This document shows, piece by piece, positions 24,684 to 37,510 of a stretch of DNA of 64,000 bases. The stretch is from Cirrosporium novae-zelandiae (lineage: Eukaryota), in contig JAPETS010000010.1 of the NCBI GenBank assembly GCA_026023565.1, forward strand, positions 496,001-560,000, written 5' to 3'. A model generated the notes under the pieces. The model had not been told where the DNA came from and did no database searches. It worked only from the letters and a program-made list of their open reading frames with translations. Both the position numbers and the translations under genes were made by a program. The stretch's first letter is position 1. Each line of letters begins with the position of its first letter.

Positions 24684-26558
24684 TTATATCAATGCCTGTC
24701 CTTTGAACATCCCTTCCCGAACTTCCCTAACCACATCTTTTCGGTCATGTCTTCCAACCAGCACGAGTCCCCTGCCTCTTCTCCCCATCCTCCCCGTTCG
24801 TCCCAATCGATGAATAAAATCGATTGTTGTATGAGGTACATCATATAGAATCACGTGCCTAACTGCAAGTGTATCAATGCCACGCGAACCCAAATCAGTT
24901 ACGACAAGAGCTTTGGTATTAGGCAACAATGCATGGTTTCTTGATTCCTGTTGCGGTTCCTGGTTGAATGGCACATAGTATGACTTCCCCTTACCAGACG
25001 CCTTATCAGAAGACACAGGGACACTGATCTTTTCTGCGTTTGTAAAAGCAGAGAGAATTTCTTTCTGGCGCTGCTCAGGGGTGTCCCTACTGAGAGCTTC
25101 AGCATCAATACCCTTAGAAACCAGATAATTGGCAACTTCTATGGTAGTCTCGCGTTCATTAACGAAAACCAAGATGCGTTTCGTATCAACAAATTCTTTG
25201 CCGTCAGGACCAACATGCTCATGGAGGCTTTTGCCGATTGACCAAATCGATTCAGCACAAGCAAGGTTCTTATTACCATGGTAAGGTTCACGATCAACAT
25301 CGACGACACCAAGCTGGACACGTCGAGGTATCGCATGGAGATTGGGTGTTGTAAGGCGGTTTATAGTGGGAAAGCGCTCACGAAGAAAATTGTCAAGACT
25401 ACGAGGGATAGTAGCGGAACAGAGAATCAGTTGTTGCAGAGAGGGCTTCACCCGGTCGAGAATAGACATCGTGATGGGGGAGAAGGATCGGTCCAAAAGA
25501 GAATCAGCTTCGTCGACTATGAGATGAGTGACACGGCTTAAGACATTTGGATCTGTCTTTGTAATACTGTTTAGGAGATGAGGCGTAGTGATTAACATAT
25601 CTATCCCGGCTGGGGAGAACAAGCGGTTGCGGATTACTGTAGGGCTATAGGCTGTTGATATCATGGAAGCTCGGTATTTGATCGTATGAGAGAGAGCTTT
25701 CGCAATAGCACCAACTTGAGTGACTAGTTCAGCCGTAGGAAGTAAGATTATTACGCTCGGTCGGCCAGTCCTTGCATCCTGCTCATTGGAAAGTGGTGGT
25801 GGATCAATACTGAACACGGTATTTCTATCTTTTTCTTCCTTCTCGAGCCTCCTCTTTTCTGCCTCCTCTTCATTTCCCTTGATTTCGGCGCGCTTCATAG
25901 CATCAATAACTGGGAGTAAGTACGCCAAAGTCTTCCCCGAGCCAGTCTCTGCTGCAAGCAAATACTGTTCCATCTTCCGACTCTCATCTTGTGTCTCATA
26001 GCTTGCACCCTGCTTGCCCGTATGACCTAATAGATCTGGTATTGCGAGTCTTTGGATTGGGGTTGGAGTGATATTCTCCATACCCCGCAACGCTTGGGGG
26101 GCAATGGACTCTTTAGTCGTGGGTAGAAGATTGAATTGATCGAATGAATCAATCCCAGCTATTCGGCTTTTGGTTGCTGTACGCTGGTTATACGACAATG
26201 GGCTTAGAGTCCTCTGCATCTTCAAGGCATGAAACCCCTCCTTTGCCGGCCGGGACTTTCGTTCTTTCACTCCTGCCTTGAACCTAGCTAGCGGGCGATC
26301 ATCTTTTCTATGGGGTATATTTGCGACCGTCTGGTTCAACGATGCGAAAGGGCCTTCCCGCTGTCGAGGTTTTCGAGTAGAAGGTTCGGCAACTTTAGGT
26401 GAAAGTGTCATTCGGGTGGGAGTTTTTGTTCGATGGCGAAGGTGGGATACAGATCTTTGAGGTTGCCATGAAGGGGATTGTGAATATAGACCAGAGTATA
26501 GGTATGCACGAGTCTGACAAAAGAGACAGACGGCGGATGAAGAGCTTCTGGTGGCCAT
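24684..26558 (-). CDS. MRH4: Mitochondrial DEAD-box RNA helicase Mrh4
   Basis: ATG at 26558 with Arg/Ser-rich presequence and CLFC motif. Q motif PTPIQ, AETGSGKT, PTAELVTQ, DEAD, SAT, HRLGRTGRMG, and a C-terminus EVREGMFKGQALI characteristic of fungal Mrh4. Confidence 0.9.
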   Translation of the reverse strand: MATRSSSSAVCLFCQTRAYLYSGLYSQSPSWQPQRSVSHLRHRTKTPTRMTLSPKVAEPSTRKPRQREGPFASLNQTVANIPHRKDDRPLARFKAGVKERKSRPAKEGFHALKMQRTLSPLSYNQRTATKSRIAGIDSFDQFNLLPTTKESIAPQALRGMENITPTPIQRLAIPDLLGHTGKQGASYETQDESRKMEQYLLAAETGSGKTLAYLLPVIDAMKRAEIKGNEEEAEKRRLEKEEKDRNTVFSIDPPPLSNEQDARTGRPSVIILLPTAELVTQVGAIAKALSHTIKYRASMISTAYSPTVIRNRLFSPAGIDMLITTPHLLNSITKTDPNVLSRVTHLIVDEADSLLDRSFSPITMSILDRVKPSLQQLILCSATIPRSLDNFLRERFPTINRLTTPNLHAIPRRVQLGVVDVDREPYHGNKNLACAESIWSIGKSLHEHVGPDGKEFVDTKRILVFVNERETTIEVANYLVSKGIDAEALSRDTPEQRQKEILSAFTNAEKISVPVSSDKASGKGKSYYVPFNQEPQQESRNHALLPNTKALVVTDLGSRGIDTLAVRHVILYDVPHTTIDFIHRLGRTGRMGRRGRGLVLVGRHDRKDVVREVREGMFKGQALI

Positions 26559-27582
26559 GATGATAGAAAATGTTCCCGGGAGGGGTTCTTTCTGTTTAGA
26601 CACTTGAGGCTTGGGGGCGGAAGGGTTCAAGAAGTAAGATAATTACGACATGGTGTAAGTTAAAAAGCTCTAGCCGGCTTGAAATTATAAAATATTGGTG
26701 ATCTCTAGGCTCTCTAGGCACTGTTCTAACCGTATGGACTACACTCCAAGCTCTTCCGGTTGAAAATGTTGGGCATACGCACAGACCAAATGCCACGATT
26801 AACATGACTTACTTTGGACGCCTCAACATTAAATATCTACTTGGGGTACTTAATCTGACAGGTTTGAAAGTCCCCTCAGAATAACAATTTATATCAATTT
26901 TTCACTAAAGAGAAAAGCTCTTGGAGGGTTATCAAAGAGTCGAAAATGGGTGAGAATCTCCATATCGGGTTAGCATCATATGGTTTTATCGTCTTCGTTT
27001 CTCTCCATCCACAGTAACTTAAGACGGTTAGCATGTCGGAGAGGTCCTCGTTTTAAAGGCCGCTGCCCTGGCGACGAGACTATCCAAAACAACCTCTTTT
27101 TCTACGAGTAAGAAAAAGATATTCTAACTACCAAAAGGTCTACCTACTACTACTAATCATCTCGTCACACTTCTGTATCTTCAGTACCTTCAGTCTTCAC
27201 AGCCTTTCTTTCAACAGCGCATTCAATTCTCCACTGATCTTTAACACGCATTCCATTGATTTCCAGGCTCAATATCGCCAACGCACAAGTTTATCTTGTT
27301 GACACCGCCGAAACTTACGTTGCGACCGTAACATTCTTCGGCCACACCTCCTCTTATTGGACTCAAATTCCTTTGCTGGAGTGTCCATTGTTGTATTGTC
27401 TCAGATCTTAACTTATGCCTTCGATAAAAGACAATGCCTTCTTCTGAAGCTGTATGTGGATTATCTATATTCTACACGTCAACAAATCAACACCTTCGAA
27501 TTGGGCATTACTGAACTATCTTTCCTAATAGATTCAACCACTTCGAATACACAAGAACACTCCACAGTCTTCTCCAGCAAAA

Positions 27583-30500
27583 ATGCCTGGCCCAGGTGGG
27601 CGTCCTCTCTCTGAGGTCAGCCCAATGGAGCGCCGGCGAAATTCACCTAGTTTCAATCAAGCGACAAAGGTAAATAAATAATAACCAACCCTACCTCTTC
27701 AGGAAAGCAGCTTATTCTGATTGCTGTTAGAAGATGATGCACAATGGGGACTCCTCTCCATTTGACACCTCGCCTTTCGGTGCCTCGATCTCTCCGCGTC
27801 TCTTCTGGCAAGAACGTGACCCATGTTCTCCAAGCCGGTCCAGCATCGAAAATCGAAACCCGTACGATAGTCGGGACTCATCTCCATCTCTGGCAAAGCG
27901 CAAGTCAATAGAAAACCTAAAGCGAGCATCACGAGTGAAAAATAGTAATATGTTTGCGCGGGAACATAAACAAGATTATGATCCAAGCAGAGTGCCTTTA
28001 ATTGAACGACCCTTGGCGGCTGGTCGTCCACTCAGTATGCAAAATTTAGCAAATTTCTCTAGAAACCAGGGAAGCGAGAAGGTCTCGCTCCTAAATGACA
28101 GTATTAATGGCGCAACTGCTGGAAAAATGTTGCCTCCCAGCAGCCCCACAAAATTTCCTCCTCCAGCGAGGAGTGACGGCTCACAATCGCCAAGCAAAGA
28201 ACAGGGATCACCATTCAAATCATCACTATCACGCCGAAGTCGCTTTACTTTGACAATGCCAAATTCGGGATTTGACCCTGAACGTGGTGTTTGGTCAGAA
28301 GATGAGGACTTGACAAATGTTTCTAGTCAGTCTCTTCATCGATATGCCAAAAGCGTTACATTTGATGCCGCACCACCTCAAGTCAATGAATATGAACAGC
28401 CTACGCCAGACCCATCTTCGGTTGCATCTGGCTCGCGAGAAGGCAGCTACAGTTCGATGGAGGATGAAGAAGAGGATATAAGTTTTGATCTATCTATGGA
28501 TCATGAGGATAGTTTTGATGCTTCGCTGGAAGACACAGAGAAGACGCCAGTCGTGCTACCCGAAGATTGGCGTTTCATGAGTCCTTCAGCTGCCAATGAT
28601 GATCTTGCGCACAATGCCGATGACGTTTTTGAGAGAGAAGAAGGCAGCCCTGCGCCTACGGCTATCCCAACCCTTCCAGCAAATGCACCGCCGGCACCTC
28701 TGCGAACAGATTCGGCCAACTCGAGTGGCGAGAGACGTCCTCTCCCTCCTGTACCAGGAATACATCCATTTCGCCGGCGATCTGACTCTGCAAATAGTAG
28801 TACTTTATCTGCTACGGCCGATCGCTTAAGTAGAAGTAGTACGCCACGTCTTCTCCCTACTCCCCCTCCTGCGTCTTCGATATCCAAAGATGAGCTTCAA
28901 GGCATAGGGGCTTCAGACATGAGTCTGGAGGACAGGCTTAAACTATTAGTCCTTCAAGAGGAGGAGAACTCTCAAAATCAAGAATCACTACGCGAGCAAC
29001 GGATACGCGGCGGAGGGTCTAGTGAAAAGAGTGTAGAGAAAGAAGACGAGAACGGATCTGGAATCCAGATTTACGAGGATTGCCAAGAAGAGGCAAGGCA
29101 AGAAGAGTCCCAGGAAGAGTCCCAAGAGGATATCACACAGGAAAATGAAACTGAAGAATCGCGCCCTCGTATCTCGCGAGATTCAATTCTAAGAAAGGTC
29201 AAGAGTCAAAATCAATATTTTGACGATTACTCATCACCCTTCTCGAGCCCAGAACATTTGTATGATGGTAGTGGATATGATCCAGACGTACCATTACCTT
29301 CGCTTGAAGATGAGACGTCTTATGTTGATGATGAGGAAGACGAGTCAAGTGTGATAATTAAGCAAGAAGAGGATGACGAGATTGATGTCTATGCTATTCC
29401 TGACCTATACTCTCAACATCAGGAACAGACAGCGATGCTCGATAAGCATCTAAGCCAGACTTTAGATTTCTCAATGCTTCAATCATCCAATCCTCAGGAC
29501 GGTAAAGATGGTGAAGATGAAGAAGGAGATGACGATGATGCTAGCCATTATTCTTCTCCTTCGACAGCGGAGAAAGAGGATGTGATGTCAAATCTCGATG
29601 AAACTTCATCTGGTCAATCAACCCCGAGACCAGCTAGTGTATTAGAACCTCCTCAATCTCCGAAGGGAGGTCAAAGGGGTCCAAGGATGTCGGTGACAGA
29701 ATTTGCATCACTACTTGGAGATGCCCAAGAATTCAACCATAATGATTTCAGTCATGGACTTGGTTCGTTCATGTCGTCTGAATCAGATGCTAAGAATTCT
29801 ATTCCAGAAACAGAAGCTAGGAAATCCATTCCGGATCCAGAGATTTCTAACAAGATCGCTGCTATCCGTCGGTCCCTTCAAAGATCGCCAACTCCAGAAG
29901 AGGATGAGCTTAAAATCCCCAAAGCTCGCCAGCAAGAACAAGAACAAGATGCAGGCCAAGATGAAGAGAGCGAACCTCATACACCTGAATCTGTTATTCG
30001 TCACTCCTTTGAGGAATCTCCCCGTCACGAGTCTCCAGCAATTCCGGAGCGACAGGCTACTATAAAGGCTCCTGGCAGCGGTTTGAAGACACGCCCTTCA
30101 CTGACGCCTGCCGATACGGCGACGATGGCCGCCACGAGGAGAATAGTCAGTGGCGAGAGGTACGCTGTTCCGCCTATCCCAGATCGACATCGGGATCGTC
30201 CGTCTTTGAGCCTCCCTGCCGAAGAAGACAGTGAATCTACGGATGAGAGCAGTTCCGACAATAACTCTGGAAGCGCTTTAACAGTTCCAAGTGAGATCGG
30301 TGTCCAACGAAAGACCAGTCTAGTACAACTCGATATTCCTCTTGGCAATAATGATGAAGGTCTTGGAATGGGCCTTGATAAAGAATTTGATCGTGTTATT
30401 GAAGCTCAGAAAATGGCATTTGATGCCTCATTCTCTCAGTTGGATAGCTCTAGCTCCCAACTTGGTTCTCCGGGTGCTGAATACGGAGGATTTAGTCCAC

Positions 30501-32333
30501 AAAACTCTACTCCTACTCGCAAGCAGCCGAGATATCTTATGAGACAAAACACCAAAGTAGTTGTAGCCAGCAGTCGCAATATTCCTGACCTTGATTCGGA
30601 AGAAATCGATGCTGCAAATCGTGGTACTAGATCCGCAGGTCCTTCACCCAGAAAACCAAGCCAAACCACCTGGACCACGGAACCTTGGAATGGTAAGATG
30701 CGACGACGAAGCATTCGTCAGGCCTCTGGAACTCGACAACGGAAACGACAAAGTGGACCTCAACCGCCACTGCCTGGCCAGCAAAGCAATGTACTAGAAA
30801 ACGTAGGAGAAAATGATGCTACTTCTTCTGGGGATGAATTTGAAGACGGTGAGGAACGAGGCAGGCTCTTCGTCAAGGTCGTCGGCGTCAAGGACTTAGA
30901 ACTTCCTCTTCCAAAACGTGAGTATCTTTACCCACCTATCCTCTCTAAGTTGCTAATAGCATTTCTAGGCGAACGCTCATACTTTGCACTAACTTTGGAT
31001 AATGGGCTACATTGTGTTACGACCTCATGGCTTGAGCTTGGAAAGAATGCTCCAATCGGCCAGGAATTTGAACTTGTGGTACTTGAGGATCTGGAGTTTC
31101 AATTAACTCTTCAAACTAAACTTGAGGAACCCAAACGCCATCCAGTCGTCAACCATTCACCTACGAAGTCTCCAAAGGCTCCCAGACAGTCCACCTTTAG
31201 TAAAGTATTTTCTTCCCCACGAAAGCGTAAGGAATTGGAGCTTCGGCATCAGCTTGAAGCGCAACAAATAGCTCAAAAGCAGGCCCAAGCGCGCAACGTG
31301 ATGTCTGAACCTCCTACTGCATGGGAGTTGCAACATAAATTGGTTGCCAAAGATGGCAGTTTCGCTCGTGCATACGTCTCTTTGAAAGATCATGAGCAAC
31401 AATCGTTTGGAAGACCTTATACAGTTGATATTCCTTGCTTCAATGAATGGGCAACCGAAGATGCCAGTAGTGTCAAGAGTAAGAGGTCGGCAACTAACGT
31501 TGGATACCAACGCCGACCTCCATATAAGATCGGAAAGCTAGAGCTTCAATTGCTATTCGTGCCGAAACCCAAGGGAGCTAAAGATGAAGACATGCCTAAG
31601 AGTATGAATGGCTGTCTTCGAGAACTTAAAGAAGCCGAAGCCGCGTCCTCAAGGACATGGGAAGGATATCTAAGTCAACAGGGGGGTGATTGTCCTGTAA
31701 GTCGCCAATTCATTAATACATTACAAATGTACTAACAGATATTAGTATTGGCGTCGCCGCTTCTTCAAACTTGCTGGGTCGAAGCTTACTGCCTACCACG
31801 AATCCACCCTTCAGCCTCGTGCAACTATCAATTTAGCTAAAGTCGTAAAAGTAATCGATGACAAAAGTTCGTTGATTCAGAAAGAGGCTTCGGCAAAGGG
31901 AGGGGGGCGACGAAAGTCTGCATTCGCGGAAGAAGAGGAAGGTTATATGTTTGTTGAGGAAGGCTTCCGAATCCGGTTCGCCAACGGCGAGACCATCGAC
32001 TTCTATGCCGATAGTGCTGCCCAGAAAGATGAATGGATGAAAGTGCTTGGAGATGCCATTGGGAAGGATTCGAAGTCTGTCAAGGGTTGGACGGACTTGG
32101 TTCTTGCAAAGGAAAAGGCCCAGGCGGCTCGTCATCAACATCAAGTTTCAAGGAGAGCTTCAACCTCACCCTCGAAGGTCGCTGCAGTCGGCAGGAAAGC
32201 AGTTCATAAGCACACACATTCTCAGCCCATGAATGCTGCACCTCCTCCACTAGAGAAAGATGCTAGACATCAAAATCCGGAGCACACGACGAGACGAGCT
32301 GATATGCCGCAGACGAGGTCCATGATTTTCTGA
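27583..32333 (+). CDS. BUD4: Bud4 anillin-like septin organiser (DUF1709 + PH domain); 4 exons
   Basis: Exons 27583-27669, 27731(or 27734)-30917, 30969-31696, 31746-32333. Motifs SIENLKRASRVKNS, KSVTFD, RGRLFVKVVGVKDL, TLDNGLHCVTT, EGYLSQQGGDCPYWRRRFFKL, FRIRFANGETIDFYAD. Confidence 0.92.
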
Positions 32334-35300
32334 AAGTTCGATTTTTACCTACATGAAATTGACTGATTGACTTCTGGAGTTCTAGGGATTCAGGAAAGGG
32401 GGGGGACTAATGGTTGAATGATACGGTTGGATGGCTTAGCTTGATTCTCGATTTGCGTACGTTGTCGGTTTGCCGGTTAGATTGCCGGCAAGACATGACG
32501 ATCTCTCTGATCCCATTTGTGATTCTGGGTTTCTTTCTGCTGGCAGCTTTTCTTTGTTTCTCGGGTATGGCCTGGCTGGTTTCAATTCTGTTTGCGTCTG
32601 TTTCTTCTTTGCCAACCTTTTGTTCGTTTGTTATTGGAGCTGTGCGTTTATGAGAGAACGAGTCACGCGACGCTGTGATTCCGCATAACGATGTTCATAA
32701 TGATGCAGAAGATAGCAGATAGAAAAGTTTGGGGGGTGCTGAACATCGAAAATTCAATAAACATATCATAAGGTCTTTGCGCATGGCATGGATTACCCTG
32801 TAGCTACCTACCTTATTTATGTCCTTGATAAGAGGCAGTCAATATACAATATCGTCATTGTTGACAATGGTTGTTCGGGCGACCGACTTCTAAATTTTCT
32901 TCTATTTTCTTATTCCACCGAAGGTCGCGAACAGATCTTTTTTAGCCCACTAACCGATTAATAACGGATGACGAGCTGAAGAATCTTGTATAGACTTAAG
33001 AGTATCCACTCGACTAGACCCTGTGGCTCCAAGTTGTATTCATGATGAAACCCGTACGCATTGATAATGCATGGCAGTGTAACAGCATCAAGCCTCTGGC
33101 GGACTCTGGGCTCATATGACCGTGGAGGAATGAGGAATGGCTTTTTTTTTTTTTGTGGGGTGGTTTGGAGCATTCTGGTCCCGCGACATAAACAATAAAT
33201 TAGATATCTATTTCTAATCTGAGGATATGAGATGGAAGAACGGAAATTTTGTAGATGGATATCTTGCGGTTTAATATACATTTCATACTGGTAAAATTAG
33301 TCTTTCCTTACTTGATTACAATGGATACTGTGTAATAAATAACAAATAGGGAATAAGTTAACCCCCACGATGTAATTTAATTAATAAATAATTCTCAGGC
33401 TTTCCTTTAAGGTACGGACGGGTTACGATACGGTTACGGTAGATAGCTCGTTTTTATGTTTTTGTTCTTACTCACCAGAGCAACAGAAGGGAGGTGGAGA
33501 AAGCCCCCACAGAAAAAAAAAGAGGGTTTCTCTCTCTCTTCTCGAGTTTTCGAATGCAAGAATCATACGGTATTCCCTTTTATTTCTTTTCCAATGTAAG
33601 TTACGGTGAAAATGCTAACCCCTCAAACCCAACTCAGTTGACCATTCATTTTCAATTTCATGTCGCTGCGCGCATATACTACTATTTTATTGAGAATATG
33701 GTAGTGTGGTTTTCTCTCTCTCCTTCTCTATCCTTGCCATTTGGACAACGAAGCCTATAATGGGGTTTTCTATACTATGCAGAGATCGGGGGTTGATGTA
33801 AACCCGTTGCATATTTAGTACACAGGGTCCGCATTCTCGGTATTCCCTTGAGTGATAGATGAGATGTTGGTAGTGGTAGGTATTGCATGATTTCGATCTA
33901 GGATCTCGTCTCAAGCCCCCCTTATCCACCCTCCACTTCCTTATACTACTACCTCGTTCGTTTCTACGGTCCTGTGTCATCCCCCCACCTGTTTTTGTTA
34001 TCTTTATCTTTCTTGCGCCCCTCAACAGCCCTCCGCCAACCTTATTTAGTCGTATCCTTCTCGTCGTCATCATGAAGGAAGACTTAAACATGGAGAACAT
34101 ATCCTCCATGCTGTCATGCCTGACATCGAAAATGTTCATCGGGGCAGCAGGAATCGCAGGGATTCCAGTGGCATATTTCCCCTGGGAAGGAGCCGCTGGC
34201 AGTTCCAATAACAATGCCTGTATGTTCCTTCCTCCTCTTCGCGCAGGATCCCTCTGCCAAATATTTAGGTATGTTGGTCGAGAGAAGTAATGAGTTCGAA
34301 TAGATGAATGAATAAATAAAGCGGTAGATGGGAATGACGGACGGAGGAGACCGGGGGTCCAGAGCAGACATCACAGGGCACAATCACAACCTATAATTAG
34401 CGGAACTGGGCCCAAGAACGTGGTCGGAGGTCCACTAGCGGAAGAGGATATCTCTGGTTTGAAATCATCACCATCATTATCGTCATCGTCATCATCGAAA
34501 AGGAATCCAACGACCGTTCCTGCGCGCCGTCATACCAGCCACCTCTCCCTATCCAGCAGTGTCAGGCGCCCAAGAGACCAAAACCAAGACGCAGCAACCC
34601 CAGGACCGAGTTCTCAATCCCATCGAGAATCAAAACCAGCAACAACAACAACAATCAAAGAGAACACTCAAAACGAAACCACGGACAACAATAAGATTTC
34701 ACCCGGCCACCTCCGTCACCGAAGTACTGGGGGAAAGAAAAAGGTGGAAGGCTCGAGGGAGACGGGTAGATAGATACATAGACGGACAGGGAAGACATCA
34801 TGGGCTTATATAAATTATATAAATTAGGTCCTCGAATGTCAAACAAAACTACATTTGTTCATTTTTTCATTTTTTTGACAACAAACAAATATCACAAAAA
34901 ATCAATCAGATATCCTACCCAGTTCCTTTTAACTGTGTCCCCCCAAGAGCCCAATCACTACCACCCTTTCATCTTTTCCACATTTACTATCCTTTCCACC
35001 CCTCCTTCCAACCATATCTTTCATATTTAGAATAACACCACCACCATAAAACCAACACACCACAGGCAAGCAGGTAACGCCATAAACAAGCACACACATA
35101 CCTAGGGAGGTCGAAATCCCCATCTTCGAGAGAAACTACAAAAGACTCTCATTAATACTATTACAATTTCGGTTGGGGGGGACTAACTAACCTATTCAAA
35201 CTTCCTTTATAATTATAATTACGAAAAATATCTTTTTTTTTTCGCCCCAGCCTTGTAAGACAAGACTAATGACGAGGTTTCTTTCTTTATTTCTTTCTTT

Positions 35301-35489
35301 CTTTCTTGTAGGAGGTACTGTACGTACTTTGATGAATGATATCAAATAAACAAGAGAAAGACAAATATGCAAAATGCAAAACAATATATATATCTATAGT
35401 AGTAAAAGGGAGGGCGAATTATAGAAATGTATAAAGGGCAGTTTAATTAAGTTAATCTCCTTCCGAATAGAGATGCGGAAACAAATCAG

Positions 35490-35492
35490 TTT

Positions 35493-35523
<31 letters not shown>

Positions 35524-35527
35524 GGGG
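35490..35527. repeat. Homopolymer junction T13-G25
   Basis: 13 T (35490-35502) followed by 25 G (35503-35527). A TCAA/TCAG tetranucleotide repeat follows at ~35541-35567. Confidence 0.85.
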
Positions 35528-36037
35528 TGTTATGAAATAGTCAATCAATCAGTCAGTCAGTCAATCACTGGGGGGTAAAGCTAAGCTCTCTGCTGTTGCC
35601 AACATGAAAAGGAGTTCAATTCAACATCAGCTTTAATCTCGCGGTGTAGCTTGATAATTAATCATAACCAGAAGCCCGATTTATATCCGTCAATAAGGAA
35701 ACCAATAGGGTAATGTAGTACTAACATATAAAAGTAGTTTTTTTCTTTCGAAATCAAAAGTAATAAAAATCAAGCTTCATTCACGTGTCATTGAAAAGTC
35801 CAGGGAAGAGAAAAGCTGAGCTGATCCGTTCTATGTTTCCTTCCCCATATGATTCCTAAGGTTCCTTGCGTGCTCCAACGCCGATAAAGTACTTACTCGA
35901 GAAAAAGTTGATGGTAATAGTACACCAGTGGTTCCAGTCCCTCCATCCCTCCCTTCCTGGGCGTTCGTAGGTATGTACTGTGTCTCCATCTAAATACCAA
36001 TCCACTTTCGTCTCATGATTCTTGAATTATCATATAA

Positions 36038-37510
36038 TCAACAAGGTTTCAAGTCCCCATGAAAAGGCGGCCTCGCATCCCTCGCCTTCTCTGTGTCAAA
36101 CCTCCACATCCCCCCCGTCTTGTCCGCGTCGATACTCTCCCCGACTCTGGGCGCCAAGTCCTCAAAAACAGGGTCGCTAGCTGCTCTGCTAAAGAACCTC
36201 TGCTCCCACGGCTTATTTTCGGATTTCTCCTTCTTTCGGAGCTCTCGTTGTGCATTTTCAATTTTGGATTTTTCACGCGAGGTAACGTCCATGTCGCTAG
36301 ATGAAATGGCGGCAGCTACAGATTGCCAGGCCCGTTGAGACTCCCAGACATCCTGTTGCGAAATGTCGGCGACAGTGAGGGGGGTGGTGGGGTTATTGCG
36401 TGCGCGGTAGGTCTCCACTTCTCGTTTACTAGAGTCCTTGATTGTGAAGGTATCATTCCATTGACCATCAACAGTATATAGGATCTCCTTCTCTCTACCC
36501 TCGGGATATAATACTGCGGAAATTGAGTTTTTCTTTCCTGATATCCAGCCCTTGCCAGAGTAGTCGATGCGGGAGGTGAAACCGGATGTCGATTGGATGT
36601 AAGAGCATTTATTCAGCTCAAGGAAGGGCGATCCGTAGATGAGGCCTTCAATATGAAGAGAAGGAAGGGTAATAAGATAGTCTTCATTATAGCGGTCGAT
36701 GTGTAGGATAGCATGACCGACTTGCTTGACATTTATAGTCCGTGAGAAGGAGGCTTTCTGTCCGTTGTAGCCTTGTAGCTATATATCATAATTAGAACTT
36801 GTAGGAGAGTCTAGAAATGCTACTGCGTCTTACACGGACGCCGTGCCTGTCATTCCATATACAATAGGCTGTTACTGGAGGGTGATGGCTATAACGGTTT
36901 ATTAGCACCCATTCAAGGCATTGCAGCATGAGAGGATATGCATTCACACCTAACTTGCTCCGACACCAGCTGTGTTTCACCAGCACTATCTTCCCAGCGC
37001 CCTAAAAACAGTTCTCCCAGGAAAGGGTTTAGTGGTTTCTTTTCGCTTCCCAATTTCTCGTTTCGACTGCTATATTGTTGCTTCAATGTGCTCAGGAACC
37101 ATCGTAGTACCAGCATGGCCCGTCTTGCAGGATCTGGCTCGGAAGCGGGTGCGACAAATAGCCAAGGATGTTCAGTCCAGTAGGTAGAGAATTCGACGAG
37201 GGACGTTGTTGAGAGTATGAACGGGGGAGCGGTCAACGAGGATAGGTCTCCATTGAACGAGGCAATGGACTCCAGCCAAGTTAGTGAGTCTTTCACCAAA
37301 AAGGGTCAAGTATACATAGTAGAATGGCCTTGGGTATTTGATATAACAGAATGTAGTACATACACGGAGGAAACTGGCCCATGTGCCTTTATTTTGAGGT
37401 GCGACACCTCCACCTTCTTGACCATTACCGTTAGAATTTCCGTTACCATTTCCCTTTCCACTGCTTTTGCCATAGGCAGACCCATTAGCGAGATCCTTTT
37501 GTGACGCCAT
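36038..37510 (-). CDS. KES1: Oxysterol-binding protein Kes1/Osh4-like; 4 exons
   Basis: Exons 37510-37364, 37269-36950, 36888-36834, 36778-36038. Motifs [43 protein letters not shown] fingerprint [21 protein letters not shown]. Confidence 0.92.

Noticed and set aside
26860..26880. GAAAGTCCCC resembling the RNase MRP P4 5' strand
   Set aside because: No matching downstream P4 3' strand found; it lies in the MRH4/BUD4 divergent promoter.
33990..34500. RTGATGA box-C-like motifs on the minus strand (possible C/D snoRNAs)
   Set aside because: They sit in GAT/GAC trinucleotide-rich sequence with no suitably placed CTGA box D or terminal stem.
33300..35700. Telomerase RNA candidate in the large gap
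   Set aside because: No TAACCCTAA-type template seen on either strand.
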